Assembly: GCA_963736855.1 (NCBI GenBank)
Contig: CAVTQK010000024.1
Location: 128,001 to 192,000 of the forward strand
Direction: 5' to 3'
DNA length: 64,000 bases
Source of the DNA: an uncultured delta proteobacterium
GTDB lineage: Bacteria; Desulfobacterota; Desulfobacteria; Desulfobacterales; UBA2156
Within the stretch, counting starts at the first letter, position 1; each line of letters begins with the position of its first letter. A program made the position numbers and the translations under genes. Below, piece after piece: positions 49,460 through 58,822 of this stretch. The notes beneath the pieces were generated by a model that saw nothing but the letters and a program-made list of their open reading frames with translations, was not told the origin of the DNA and ran no database searches.

Positions 49460-52114
49460 CTACAAGTATGCCCGGTACCGTTTGATCATGTCTGAATAAA
49501 AGGTGATTTTTTCCTCATCCTCCAGACCTTTGATTCCCTGGGAGAGAAAAAAGTCTATGGCATTTTGATAATAAATCTTGGAAAGAGATTCTTTTCGCTC
49601 GATCTGCTTGAGCTTGTACATACGATTTCCCCTTGCCTGGATCTTGCGAAGGCGGTCTTTTGGGCTTAAGCCGTTTTTCGGACTTTTCTCGAAGAAATCG
49701 AGCACCACGGCATAGGCTTCGAAAAAAGTTTTTAGAAAACTGGTGAAACATTTAAGCTTCCGGAACCCGGAAGAGGTTAAATTATAGGTGTCCGGAAGCA
49801 TGGGATGAGGCATGAGAATGGCGTCATCGATGAAGGCCTTAAGGTTTTTGCGGACCAGATATTCCGGGAGTCGGTCTGTGTTTAACGCAAATTCGAACTT
49901 GAAGAGTTCCTGCAGGAAGGTATAGACGGCGTGCAGGTCGGGTGCGCTGAATTGAAACGCGTCCTTTTCCAGAATGGCCAGGGCGGTAAAGGATGCCGGG
50001 AGAAAGAAAGCAACGGCGTTATTCTTGTAATATTCCAGGTTGGAACGCTGATTTTCCCTGAGCTGATAAATTGTTTCAGTATCTCCATTTCCTTTTTTGG
50101 AGGAGACTGTTTCGATAAATTTGCGCTGGAGATAATTCCCCAGAGCATTGTCTATGGCTGTCTGGGTGTCAAGGAGAAGGGAATCGGCCAGTGTCGCCTG
50201 CTGGAAATTTAAATAAGTCAGGTAGGTTTCAATATCGTCCCGGAGCTGTCGGAGGGTAAAGGTCGGTTTCGGCGCATTGAGAATGGCGCTTGCAGCCAAA
50301 GCGTGAGGCGTGACAACGGAAATACTATCAATGGCGGATGCCAGACGATATCCCAGATTCCGAACCACACCGTTGAAAGCCTTTTGAGAAAGGCCGGCGC
50401 CGTCAGGGGATGCCTCATTGAAGAGAGACCTTGTCGAAAAAGCCTCACCCAGTTTGATATAGATTCGGCCATACCTTTTTTTGAGAAACTTTCTGGCCTT
50501 GATGACCTGAATCAGGTTTTCAGATTCCTTCTGTCCTCCCTCTATTTCGCTCAGATAAGAACCCTCCTCCAGAACACGGTCATAGCCGATGAAAATAGGA
50601 ATGAAGGTCAACTCGTCGCATGCACCGTTTTTAAAGGCGTTGAGGAGAATCGATAAAAAGCCGAGTTTAGGCATGAGTAGCTTGCCCGTCCGGCTCCTTC
50701 CCCCTTCAATGAAAACCTTGATATTGAAGCCTTCTTCGAGGAGCTTGAAAACGTATTCGGAAAAAACCCTGGAGTACAGTACGGCGCCTCGAAAACTCCT
50801 TCGGATAAAGAAAGCCCCACACATCCTGAAGAGTGGGCCCAAAGGCCAAAAGGAAAGATTTTTCCCGGCGACGATATGGGGGGAGGGCATATTGTGGCTA
50901 TACAGAATATAAGGAAGGACGAGGTAATCGATGTGGCTTTTATGACAGGGTACGAAGATGATAGGCCCGTTTTTGGAGAGTTGTTTCACTCGAGATAGAG
51001 CATTGGGGTCTATACTGACACCCTCGAACATGGATTCGAGCAGCCATTTGATAGAGAGCGCTCCGAATCTGACGAAAACGGGATTATAGTTGGCTGCGAT
51101 TTCATCGATACAATCGCTGGCTTCCTCACGAACTTTGGGAAGGGGTATTTCCCTCGTTTGAGCATGATGGATTAAAAAATCATTGAGTCGATCGCTTGTA
51201 AGAATATCTTGTTTTATTTCTTCGCGGGATTTGATGATGGGGCCCGTAATGCTTTGACGATGGCGGTTGATTTGTTCAATCAGATGCCGTCGGAGAAGAA
51301 AGGACTGGGTTTCCGTATCTTCAGAAATAACTTCAGGTTGGGAAAGAAAGGCTTTAAGATCGATGGGGTCAGGGACCTCTACAAACACTTTTCCCGGATT
51401 TTTAAAAAGAGTTACCATGCGACGAAGGCGTCCCGGATTTTCTTCGGTTCCGAAAAGGATTTCCACCAGGGTGCGGACGTTTCGGTGGGGTGTTCGGCTG
51501 AAGAACATGAGCTGAGGGACCATGAAGACCGGTCGGTCGGTCTTTTTCTGGAGTTCAATGATTTGTCGAAAAGGATCCTTTGTGTTCTTTAAGAAACGGA
51601 GGTGAAAGCCGTTCGTCTCCAAGAGTGTGACATATCCGGCATGTCCGCTCAAAAGCGACCTTTCGAAGTACTCGCTCTTAAACGGGTCCGGAAGGGATCT
51701 GTTCCGCACGAGATGATCTATGTGGGCCAGCAGGACTTTAAAGATTCGGCTTACAGGCTGGAAAGCTATCGTCCGGGAGTCGAAGGCGATTTCAGGGCAG
51801 GGAAGGCCCATTTTTGCCAGGCGGTTGTGATAAAATAGGTATTCGAAGCGGCGCCGGTATTTGCAGACATAAACAATGATGGCATTTTTAGGCAGTGTCG
51901 AGATTGCCGATGCCTGATCAGGGTCCATTCGAATACCGCTGTAAAACATCCGGAGGATCACCTGAATAAAAAAACCGGGATTTTTGGGGAAAAAAGAGAA
52001 ATAGTGATCGTGAGTGTGTCCCAGGACGGACTCAATGTGCCGGCAAATCCAATTTTGAATTCTTATTTTAAAAGATTGGGGATTTGGAAGCATCTTCGAT
52101 TCCGGACGCGTCAT
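49460..52114 (-). CDS. plsB: Glycerol-3-phosphate acyltransferase (PlsB-like; start approximate)
   Basis: Motifs HKSHIDY, AGKNL, GAFFIRR and FIEGGRSRTGKLL. Confidence 0.88.
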   Translation of the reverse strand: MTRPESKMLPNPQSFKIRIQNWICRHIESVLGHTHDHYFSFFPKNPGFFIQVILRMFYSGIRMDPDQASAISTLPKNAIIVYVCKYRRRFEYLFYHNRLAKMGLPCPEIAFDSRTIAFQPVSRIFKVLLAHIDHLVRNRSLPDPFKSEYFERSLLSGHAGYVTLLETNGFHLRFLKNTKDPFRQIIELQKKTDRPVFMVPQLMFFSRTPHRNVRTLVEILFGTEENPGRLRRMVTLFKNPGKVFVEVPDPIDLKAFLSQPEVISEDTETQSFLLRRHLIEQINRHRQSITGPIIKSREEIKQDILTSDRLNDFLIHHAQTREIPLPKVREEASDCIDEIAANYNPVFVRFGALSIKWLLESMFEGVSIDPNALSRVKQLSKNGPIIFVPCHKSHIDYLVLPYILYSHNMPSPHIVAGKNLSFWPLGPLFRMCGAFFIRRSFRGAVLYSRVFSEYVFKLLEEGFNIKVFIEGGRSRTGKLLMPKLGFLSILLNAFKNGACDELTFIPIFIGYDRVLEEGSYLSEIEGGQKESENLIQVIKARKFLKKRYGRIYIKLGEAFSTRSLFNEASPDGAGLSQKAFNGVVRNLGYRLASAIDSISVVTPHALAASAILNAPKPTFTLRQLRDDIETYLTYLNFQQATLADSLLLDTQTAIDNALGNYLQRKFIETVSSKKGNGDTETIYQLRENQRSNLEYYKNNAVAFFLPASFTALAILEKDAFQFSAPDLHAVYTFLQELFKFEFALNTDRLPEYLVRKNLKAFIDDAILMPHPMLPDTYNLTSSGFRKLKCFTSFLKTFFEAYAVVLDFFEKSPKNGLSPKDRLRKIQARGNRMYKLKQIERKESLSKIYYQNAIDFFLSQGIKGLEDEEKITFYSDMIKRYRAYL

Positions 52115-52523
52115 CAAACAATCGAAAAAACCCTTGGAATATAATGGGTGTAGGTGAAAATCATTTCGATTCAAGTTATCAGATTCGAAATTTATTGCAA
52201 CAGGGAAAAGGCAGACATGGAAGACCACCGACCGAAAGAACCGATTGGGTACCGATGTTTTGGGCATCACTTTTTTTAAAATTATGCTTGCGTTGATCTG
52301 CGGGTTGTGTTATCGGCATCAGATATAAAACTTAGGATGGATGTATCCGAAAAGGGCATCTTGCAGCCGATTGAAAAATCAGGATAACCATTTCAGAGGG
52401 AGGGTCCTGCGTTTAGGAAGCGGGAGGAGACCATTAAAAAGAGGGTTTAAGATCAATTTTGAACAAATTGAGGACATGGTGTTAAATTGTTTTAATCTTA
52501 CTGTCAAAGGAGGATGGTTCTAA

Positions 52524-52814
52524 ATGAAAACGTTAATTGGCGGAGCGATTGGAGCAGTTTTGGGTATCATTGGTCTTTCGGTCTGGTGGAAACCCTTCCT
52601 GCAATTATTGGCCGGGGCCATTCCAGTCATGTTGCTTCTGGGTGGCGGCTTGGCTTTGTACCTGGGATTTGATGAACTGAAGGATAGCTGGAAAAAGGAT
52701 GAGCCGGCATCCGATACCTCCTTCAAGAGCGACGAGTCGGAAAAATACAAACAGGAAATCGATGATCTGAAAAAAGAGATCGATACCCTTAAGGCCGGAA
52801 AAGCGGCTCAATAA
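52524..52814 (+). CDS. Small 2-TM membrane protein with a coiled-coil tail, MamI-like pattern
   Basis: AAGGAGG RBS; LGIIGLSVWW..LAGAIPV..GGGLAL. Confidence 0.75.
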   Translation: MKTLIGGAIGAVLGIIGLSVWWKPFLQLLAGAIPVMLLLGGGLALYLGFDELKDSWKKDEPASDTSFKSDESEKYKQEIDDLKKEIDTLKAGKAAQ

Positions 52815-52838
52815 AAAGTATTTTCAATCAGTCATTCA

Positions 52839-52866
52839 GGCCCGGCACCCTTTCAGGTGCCGGGCT
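52839..52866. terminator. GC-rich hairpin between convergent genes
   Basis: GCCCGGCACC-CTTTCA-GGTGCCGGGC. Confidence 0.7.
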
Positions 52867-52872
52867 TATGCA

Positions 52873-53556
52873 TCATTTCCCCCTGCTTTTTGCGGCGGAC
52901 ACTGCAAGCCGGTTCGCCCGCTCATTCCCTTCTTCCCCCTTGTGCCCCATAACATGTAGGATCTTTAAATCTTTAAATTTTGCCATCAAGGCCTTGACGG
53001 AACGGATCAACGCTTCATTCTTTTTCGCCTTCCAACCTAGTGACAAGACTCCTTGCGCGTAGGTGCTGTCCGTGAAGAGCCTCACCGGCAAGTGCACACT
53101 CTTCAATTCCTCAAGTGCCGTCTGAATCGCCTGAAGCTCCGCGACGTTGTTGGTGGTTTCCCCGATAAACCGGGAAACCTCCTTCTCGCGCCCCTTGTGC
53201 CGCAAAAGAATCCCGATCCCGGCGGGACCGGGATTTCCGGAAGAGGCCCCGTCGGTGTAAATTAAAATGGTATCGTTGTCGATGTTCTTGGGGGAATCGT
53301 TTCGATGTTCATCGGCCGGATAGCCTTTGGAGGCTGTTCTGCCAGCTTCTGGTTTTTTACGACGGTTTTTCGTAACCGAAGAGTCGAGGGGATGGATGTT
53401 GCTTTCATGGACCCGGTATTCGTATTCCTGGTTCAGCTGGTATTTGATCAGGACTTTTCCTTCGCGAATTTCAGGCAGTCCTTGGGCGTCAAGAGCCACC
53501 CACACCTTTTGGCCCTTGAAGCGCATCCGCTTCCAATTTTTTGAGAGTTGATCCAT
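52873..53556 (-). CDS. rnhA: Ribonuclease HI with an N-terminal extra domain
   Basis: Motifs YTDGASSGNPGPAG, TNNVAEL, TDS and GHKGEEGNERANRLA. Confidence 0.88.
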   Translation of the reverse strand: MDQLSKNWKRMRFKGQKVWVALDAQGLPEIREGKVLIKYQLNQEYEYRVHESNIHPLDSSVTKNRRKKPEAGRTASKGYPADEHRNDSPKNIDNDTILIYTDGASSGNPGPAGIGILLRHKGREKEVSRFIGETTNNVAELQAIQTALEELKSVHLPVRLFTDSTYAQGVLSLGWKAKKNEALIRSVKALMAKFKDLKILHVMGHKGEEGNERANRLAVSAAKSRGK

Positions 53557-53570
53557 GGTGTTTTCAACGT

Positions 53571-54760
53571 TTAGTGATTCAAGCATTCCGGGTACAGGAA
53601 GAAACGAGAACGAAGCTTTCTGAACGCCTCAAGATCCTCGCTCCAGGAGGCTGCGAGAGCCTCCAGGTCATCGTTTCGTTCCAGATGCAGACGGACCCTT
53701 CGATCCCCAAGAATGAGGTCGATGGGAAGCCGGTGAAATTCATACTCGTAGGGCGGCTCTTTCCATCCAAAATGTTCCGGATAAAGATGCATCACGACGC
53801 GCATCAGGTTTAAGGAGACGGCATAGGGGTTAAACCGGGATGGATCGGTGATATGCATCTGAAATCCCTTGCAGAGAACCCCTCGCCACTTGTTCCAGGT
53901 GGGTTCAAAGGCGACAGGCCTCAGGAACACGCCAGGAATACGGTTGCCGCCTAAATAGCTAAGAATATCGTATGGATCCAGATAGGGAGCACCAAATATT
54001 TCGAATGGGCGGGTGGTTCCCCTTCCCTCGGAGACGTTGGTTCCCTCCCACAGAACCTGTCCCGGATAGACAAGAGCCGATTCCAGGGCAGGGAGGTTCG
54101 GAGAGGGGAGCACCCAGGGGAGGCCCGTATCCGAAAAATACATCTTTCGCTTCCAGTTTTTCATGGGGATGACGGTCAGATCGCACCCGATCCCGAAATG
54201 CTCGTTGAAAAGGCGTGCAATTTCGCCGATGGTAAGACCGTGGCGCATTGGAATAGGATATCGGCCTACAAAGGAAGCGCAATCCGGGGAAAGCAGGTTC
54301 CCTTCGATGACACGGCCTCCCAGAGGGTTGGGACGATCCAGAACGATAACCTTTTTCCCCATGGTAACTGCCTTCTCCATGCAGTAGGACAGCGTGTAAA
54401 TGAACGTATAAACGCGACATCCGACGTCCTGAAGATCGACCATGAGGACATCGATGCCTTCCATGGAAGCTTCCTGGGGTACCCGAGAGCGGCCATAGAG
54501 GCTATGGACCGGGATGTCGAACAGGGGATCCCGGGTGTCGTCGGATTCAATCATGTTGTCCTGTTTTTCGGCATGAAAACCGTGCTGGGGGAATAGATAA
54601 TCACCGGATTTTTAGGAAACGTTTCCCGGATCCGATGAATGGCGTGATTCAGGCGGCTGTCCACCGAGGCCGGGTTGCACAGCAATCCGATCCGTTGATG
54701 CCGAAGCCAATGCGGAGGAAAACGGAGCAATTCTTCAAGACCTGTGGTGACCGATGGCAC
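53571..54760 (-). CDS. DUF1343 / NamZ-like exo-beta-N-acetylmuramidase, frameshifted at 54587-54591
   Basis: N-part TGLE..IGLLCNPAS..YSP; C-part DLQDVGCRVYTF, DRPNPLGG, RHGLTIGE and NVSEGRGTT. One extra C restores SPQHGF. Confidence 0.85.
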
Positions 54761-54906
54761 ATCGCCTCCGAAGGATTTGCCTGCAAGATTACCACAGGTT
54801 CCATTCGTCGAAAAGAAAAATGTGCCGCCCCCCGGGCCGTGTGCGCATGAGGCTGCATTTCAAAATGCCGGCATTATGTAAAGCCGGTGAAATCCGATTA
54901 AAAGGC

Positions 54907-54935
54907 TTGACAGGAATAGCTTGCGTATATATAAA
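54907..54935 (+). promoter_or_regulatory. Putative sigma70 promoter for the oxidoreductase operon
   Basis: TTGACA-N17-TATAAA. Confidence 0.6.
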
Positions 54936-54974
54936 AATCAATTTTCGATAAAAATTTAGGTAAAACATAAATTG

Positions 54975-55112
54975 AGCGATTTTCGAATTTGCCGCAGATG
55001 CAAGGCGTCGGAAGCGAAGGTGAATTCGTACGTCGAGCTTTCGGCAACGTAGCAGATGCGGTGAAATCGGAAATCCCAAAGGGTTTTCAATTTGGCAAAT
55101 AATTCCTCTGCA
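54975..55112. repeat. Long imperfect palindrome (type C) related to the type B core; its 3' 36 bp recur at 17395-17430
   Basis: Arms GATTTTCGAATTTGCCGCA and TGCGGTGAAATCGGAAATC; core CAAGGCGTC..CGTACGTCGA..GCAACG. Confidence 0.65.
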
Positions 55113-55258
55113 TGCCTTTTATGGTACACCCAATAAGTGGGTAGTTGGAAAGGTCAACTCCGTTCCAACACAAAGATATTCAAACACAATTCTTTTTTGC
55201 CAAATTGAAAACGATCAATTTAGGTAAAAACAGAAAGACTGTAAAGGCCGAGCCGAAA

Positions 55259-56032
55259 ATGGCTTTAGGCACTTCCATAGCGACTGCCAATTTAAACAAA
55301 ATAGCTCCCCGATTCGATGGGATCGTGGTCATCGTCGGTGCCTTCGGGAGCGGCAAAACTGAGGTGGCCGTCAATTTGGCAGCAGAGTCCCGGGAGGCCG
55401 GATCCGAGGTATGGATTGCCGACCTGGATCTGGTGAATCCGTATTTCAGAACCCGCGAGGCCAGAGTCCCATTGACAAGAATGGGCATCGGTGTCGTGCT
55501 TCCCCCGGAAGTATACCTGCATGCCGATCTGCCCATATTGACTCCGCTGGTGGCGGGCGCGATACGGCGGACTGAGGGGCTTGTCATTCTGGATGTAGGT
55601 GGAAACGATGTGGGCGCCACTGTCCTTGCTTCTCTGGCTGATGCCTTTCATGCCTCTTCATTGGAAAAGCGGCCTTTTCATGTCCTTTTCGTGGTGAACC
55701 CGTTTCGCCCTTTCACTGAAACCCTTTCGGGATGTATGAAGATGCGCAAGTCGATCGAAAGGGCGTCGAAACTGGCTATCACGGGGATTATCGGAAACGC
55801 CAATTTCATAGAAGAGACCCGGGCCGAGGATATCGAAGAAGGGTATCGATTTGTTCGTGCCTTCTCAGAGAAAAGCCGGTTGCCTCTGGAGATGATCACC
55901 GTCCCGTACCCTCTGTTGAAACAAACGGACATCACACAGTTTTATTGTCCTGTCCTTTCTATCCAACGGCAGCTCGTTCCCCCCTGGAAAAAACCGGCCA
56001 GCTTTCATTTCGACCGAAAATCCGATTCATAA
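55259..56032 (+). CDS. P-loop ATP-binding protein associated with 2-oxoacid:ferredoxin oxidoreductase operons
   Basis: Motifs GAFGSGKTEVAVN, DLDLVNPYFRTRE and LDVGG. Confidence 0.8.
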   Translation: MALGTSIATANLNKIAPRFDGIVVIVGAFGSGKTEVAVNLAAESREAGSEVWIADLDLVNPYFRTREARVPLTRMGIGVVLPPEVYLHADLPILTPLVAGAIRRTEGLVILDVGGNDVGATVLASLADAFHASSLEKRPFHVLFVVNPFRPFTETLSGCMKMRKSIERASKLAITGIIGNANFIEETRAEDIEEGYRFVRAFSEKSRLPLEMITVPYPLLKQTDITQFYCPVLSIQRQLVPPWKKPASFHFDRKSDS

Positions 56033-56101
56033 TCCTGGAATGATCAACGGCGAATTATTAGGATGGCTTCTCAACATCATAAACAAAAGGAGCGATCGTC
56101 G

Positions 56102-56326
56102 ATGGCATATAAACATCGAATCGAAACCAACCGGTGCAAGGGGTGCGGTCTTTGTGTCATGGTATGCCCCAAGAATGTGCTGGAAATATCCAACCAGGTG
56201 AACGTCAAGGGGTATTTTCCGGCTTTTCAGGCCCGTCCTGAAGACTGCATCTTCTGCACGACATGCTGCATCATGTGTCCGGATGTGGCGATCACCATAA
56301 CAAAGGAAGCCGAAAAAGCGGCTTAA
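56102..56326 (+). CDS. 4Fe-4S dicluster ferredoxin (delta subunit)
   Basis: CKGCGLCVMVCP and CIFCTTCCIMCP. Confidence 0.93.
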   Translation: MAYKHRIETNRCKGCGLCVMVCPKNVLEISNQVNVKGYFPAFQARPEDCIFCTTCCIMCPDVAITITKEAEKAA

Positions 56327-56353
56327 CCGCCGGAAACATAGGAAGGGCGAATC

Positions 56354-57427
56354 ATGAGCAAGGTATTGATGAAGGGGAATGAGGCCATCGGGGAAGCTGC
56401 GATTCGGGCGGGGTGCCTGAACTACTTCGCCTACCCGATTACCCCGCAGTCCGAGGTGGCGGAGTATCTGTCCCGGCGCATGCCGGAAGTCGGGGGCGTC
56501 TTTCTTCAGGGGGAAAGCGAAGTAGCGGTCTCTTATATGATTTTTGGAGCCGCTGCCTGTGGGGAAAGGGTTTTTACGACATCTTCAAGCCCCGGAATCA
56601 GCCTCATGAGCGAGGGGGTCAGCTACATCGTGGGGGCTCAGTGTCCAGCCGTTTTTGTGAACATCATGAGAGGAGGCCCCGGACTCGGCGGGATCCTCCC
56701 CTCCCAGGCCGATTATCTGCAGGCCACCAAGGGGATCGGACATGGAGACTGCCGTTTGCTGGTCATGGCTCCGGCTTCGGTTCAGGAGGCGGTGGAGATG
56801 GTCATGACGGCGTTTCCTTTGGCCGAGAAATATAGAAACCCGGTGATGATCCTGGGTGACGGTCTCATCGGTCAGATGATGGAGCCGGTTACCTTTCCGG
56901 ATCATCTCAAGACCTCGCCGTCGAACAAGGACGACTGGGCGACCAATGGGATGGACACCCGCAAAAGCAAGACGAGGAACCTGGTGAAGTCTCTCTACCT
57001 GGATCCGGAAGCCTTGAACGCCCATAATCTCAGGCTAAAGGCCAAATACGACCGGATAAGAGAAGAAGAGATCCGATATGAAACATACAACACCGACACG
57101 GATTACCAAATCCTGATTGTCAGTTACGGCACCATGAGCCGGGTTTGCCACAGCGCCATCGATACTCTCAAGGATAAGAAAATTATGGTGGCTATGGTGC
57201 GGCCCCAGAACGTTTTCCCGTTTCCCGAGCAGGCTGTCTTGGAAGCGGCATCGAAACCAAGTTGCCGCCATGTGCTGAGTGTGGAGATGAGCATGGGGCA
57301 GATGGTCGAAGATATTCAGCGGAGCGTTCAGGGGAAGCGTCCGGTGCACTGGTACGGGAAATGCGGAGGCGATGTGCCTACACCGGAGGAAGTCATGGAA
57401 GCGGTGGGAAAGCTGATCCGGGCCTGA
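56354..57427 (+). CDS. 2-oxoacid:ferredoxin oxidoreductase alpha subunit (VorB-like)
   Basis: Motifs GNEA, YPITPQSE, ESE and TSSSPGISL. Confidence 0.92.
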   Translation: MSKVLMKGNEAIGEAAIRAGCLNYFAYPITPQSEVAEYLSRRMPEVGGVFLQGESEVAVSYMIFGAAACGERVFTTSSSPGISLMSEGVSYIVGAQCPAVFVNIMRGGPGLGGILPSQADYLQATKGIGHGDCRLLVMAPASVQEAVEMVMTAFPLAEKYRNPVMILGDGLIGQMMEPVTFPDHLKTSPSNKDDWATNGMDTRKSKTRNLVKSLYLDPEALNAHNLRLKAKYDRIREEEIRYETYNTDTDYQILIVSYGTMSRVCHSAIDTLKDKKIMVAMVRPQNVFPFPEQAVLEAASKPSCRHVLSVEMSMGQMVEDIQRSVQGKRPVHWYGKCGGDVPTPEEVMEAVGKLIRA

Positions 57428-57479
57428 GCCTGGCACCCAATAGGCATTTTGCTATCCAATTCATAAAGGAGAACAAGCC

Positions 57480-58232
57480 GTGGCAAAAACTTTTTCAAGA
57501 CCAAAATGCCTTTCCGAACAGGAAACCCATTACTGTCCGGGATGCACCCATGGGATCATCCATCGGCTGGTAGCGGAGGCCATCGATGATCTTCAAATCA
57601 GCGGAAGAACTGTGGGTATTGCCCCGGTGGGGTGTGCAGTCCTCTGTTATAATTACTTCACATTCGACTTCCAGGAGGCTGCCCACGGCCGGGCCCCGGC
57701 CATGGCCACAGGGATCAAGCGGGTTCGACCGGATCTGATCGTATTTACCTATCAGGGCGACGGGGACCTGGCAAGCATCGGGATGGGAGAGATCATCCAT
57801 GCGGCCAACCGAGGGGAGAAATTCACCACGGTATTTGTCAATAATACGGTCTATGGAATGACGGGAGGGCAAATGGCACCCACTACAATGCCCAACCAAA
57901 AGACCACCACCTCCCCTTTTGGGAGAAATGTGGAAGAGGTGGGGATGCCGATCCGGGTGGCCGAATTGCTTGCATCTCTCGCGACACCGGCCTATATATC
58001 CAGACAGGCCGCTATAACCCCCAAATATATCGTCCGGGCGAAAAAAGCCATCCACCGAGCCTTTCAGTACCAGGTGGAGAACCGGTGTTTCAGTTTCGTG
58101 GAAGTCATCTCCACCTGCCCCACCAACTGGGGGATGACACCCGACGATGCGTTAAAATGGGCCGAGAAGACGATGATTCCCTACTACCCGCTGGGAGATC
58201 TGAAAACGCCTGAATCGGTAAAGGAGGAGTAA
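57480..58232 (+). CDS. 2-oxoacid:ferredoxin oxidoreductase beta subunit (TPP-binding)
   Basis: Motifs YCPGCTHG, HGRA, GDGD, NN..YGMTGGQ and CPTNW. Confidence 0.93.
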   Translation: MAKTFSRPKCLSEQETHYCPGCTHGIIHRLVAEAIDDLQISGRTVGIAPVGCAVLCYNYFTFDFQEAAHGRAPAMATGIKRVRPDLIVFTYQGDGDLASIGMGEIIHAANRGEKFTTVFVNNTVYGMTGGQMAPTTMPNQKTTTSPFGRNVEEVGMPIRVAELLASLATPAYISRQAAITPKYIVRAKKAIHRAFQYQVENRCFSFVEVISTCPTNWGMTPDDALKWAEKTMIPYYPLGDLKTPESVKEE

Positions 58233-58768
58233 TGCAATCCGAAGTTATGTTTGCCGGTTTCGGAGGACAAGGAGTCCTGCTTTCCGGGAAAATCCTCGCC
58301 GAGGCGGCCATGGAAAAACAACTGGAGGTGGCTTGGGTCCCCTCCTACGGCCCTGAAATGCGGGGAGGCACGGCCTACTGCACGGTGGTGATCAGCGACC
58401 GACCCATCAGCTCCCCCATCATCCGAAATCCCATGCACCTGGTGGCCATGAATCGGCCTTCCTTGGAAAAATTCGCCAAGATGGTTAAACCGGGAGGAGT
58501 GATCCTCGTCAACAGTTCTCTGATCCCCATTAATTCCGGGCGAAATGATGTGGATGAACTTCGGGTCCCGGTCATGGATATCGCTACCAGTCTGGGCGAC
58601 GTCAGGTCGGCCAATATCGTTGCTTTGGGCGCTTTTGTCGCCCGGAGCAAGATCATCGATTTTGAAATCCTCCGGCGGATGGTACAAAAAGAGTTCGGGA
58701 AGAAAGAGAAATTAATCAAGATAAACCTGGCCGCCCTTGAAGAGGGCCGTAAGGCGGCAACTGTTTGA
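58232..58768 (+). CDS. 2-oxoacid:ferredoxin oxidoreductase gamma subunit
   Basis: Motifs AGFGGQG and YGPEMRGG. Confidence 0.93.
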   Translation: MQSEVMFAGFGGQGVLLSGKILAEAAMEKQLEVAWVPSYGPEMRGGTAYCTVVISDRPISSPIIRNPMHLVAMNRPSLEKFAKMVKPGGVILVNSSLIPINSGRNDVDELRVPVMDIATSLGDVRSANIVALGAFVARSKIIDFEILRRMVQKEFGKKEKLIKINLAALEEGRKAATV

Positions 58769-58822
58769 AAGAGGTATCCGCCTATCGAACCCATAAAGAA
58801 GATAACCCCTGATAAAACCGGG

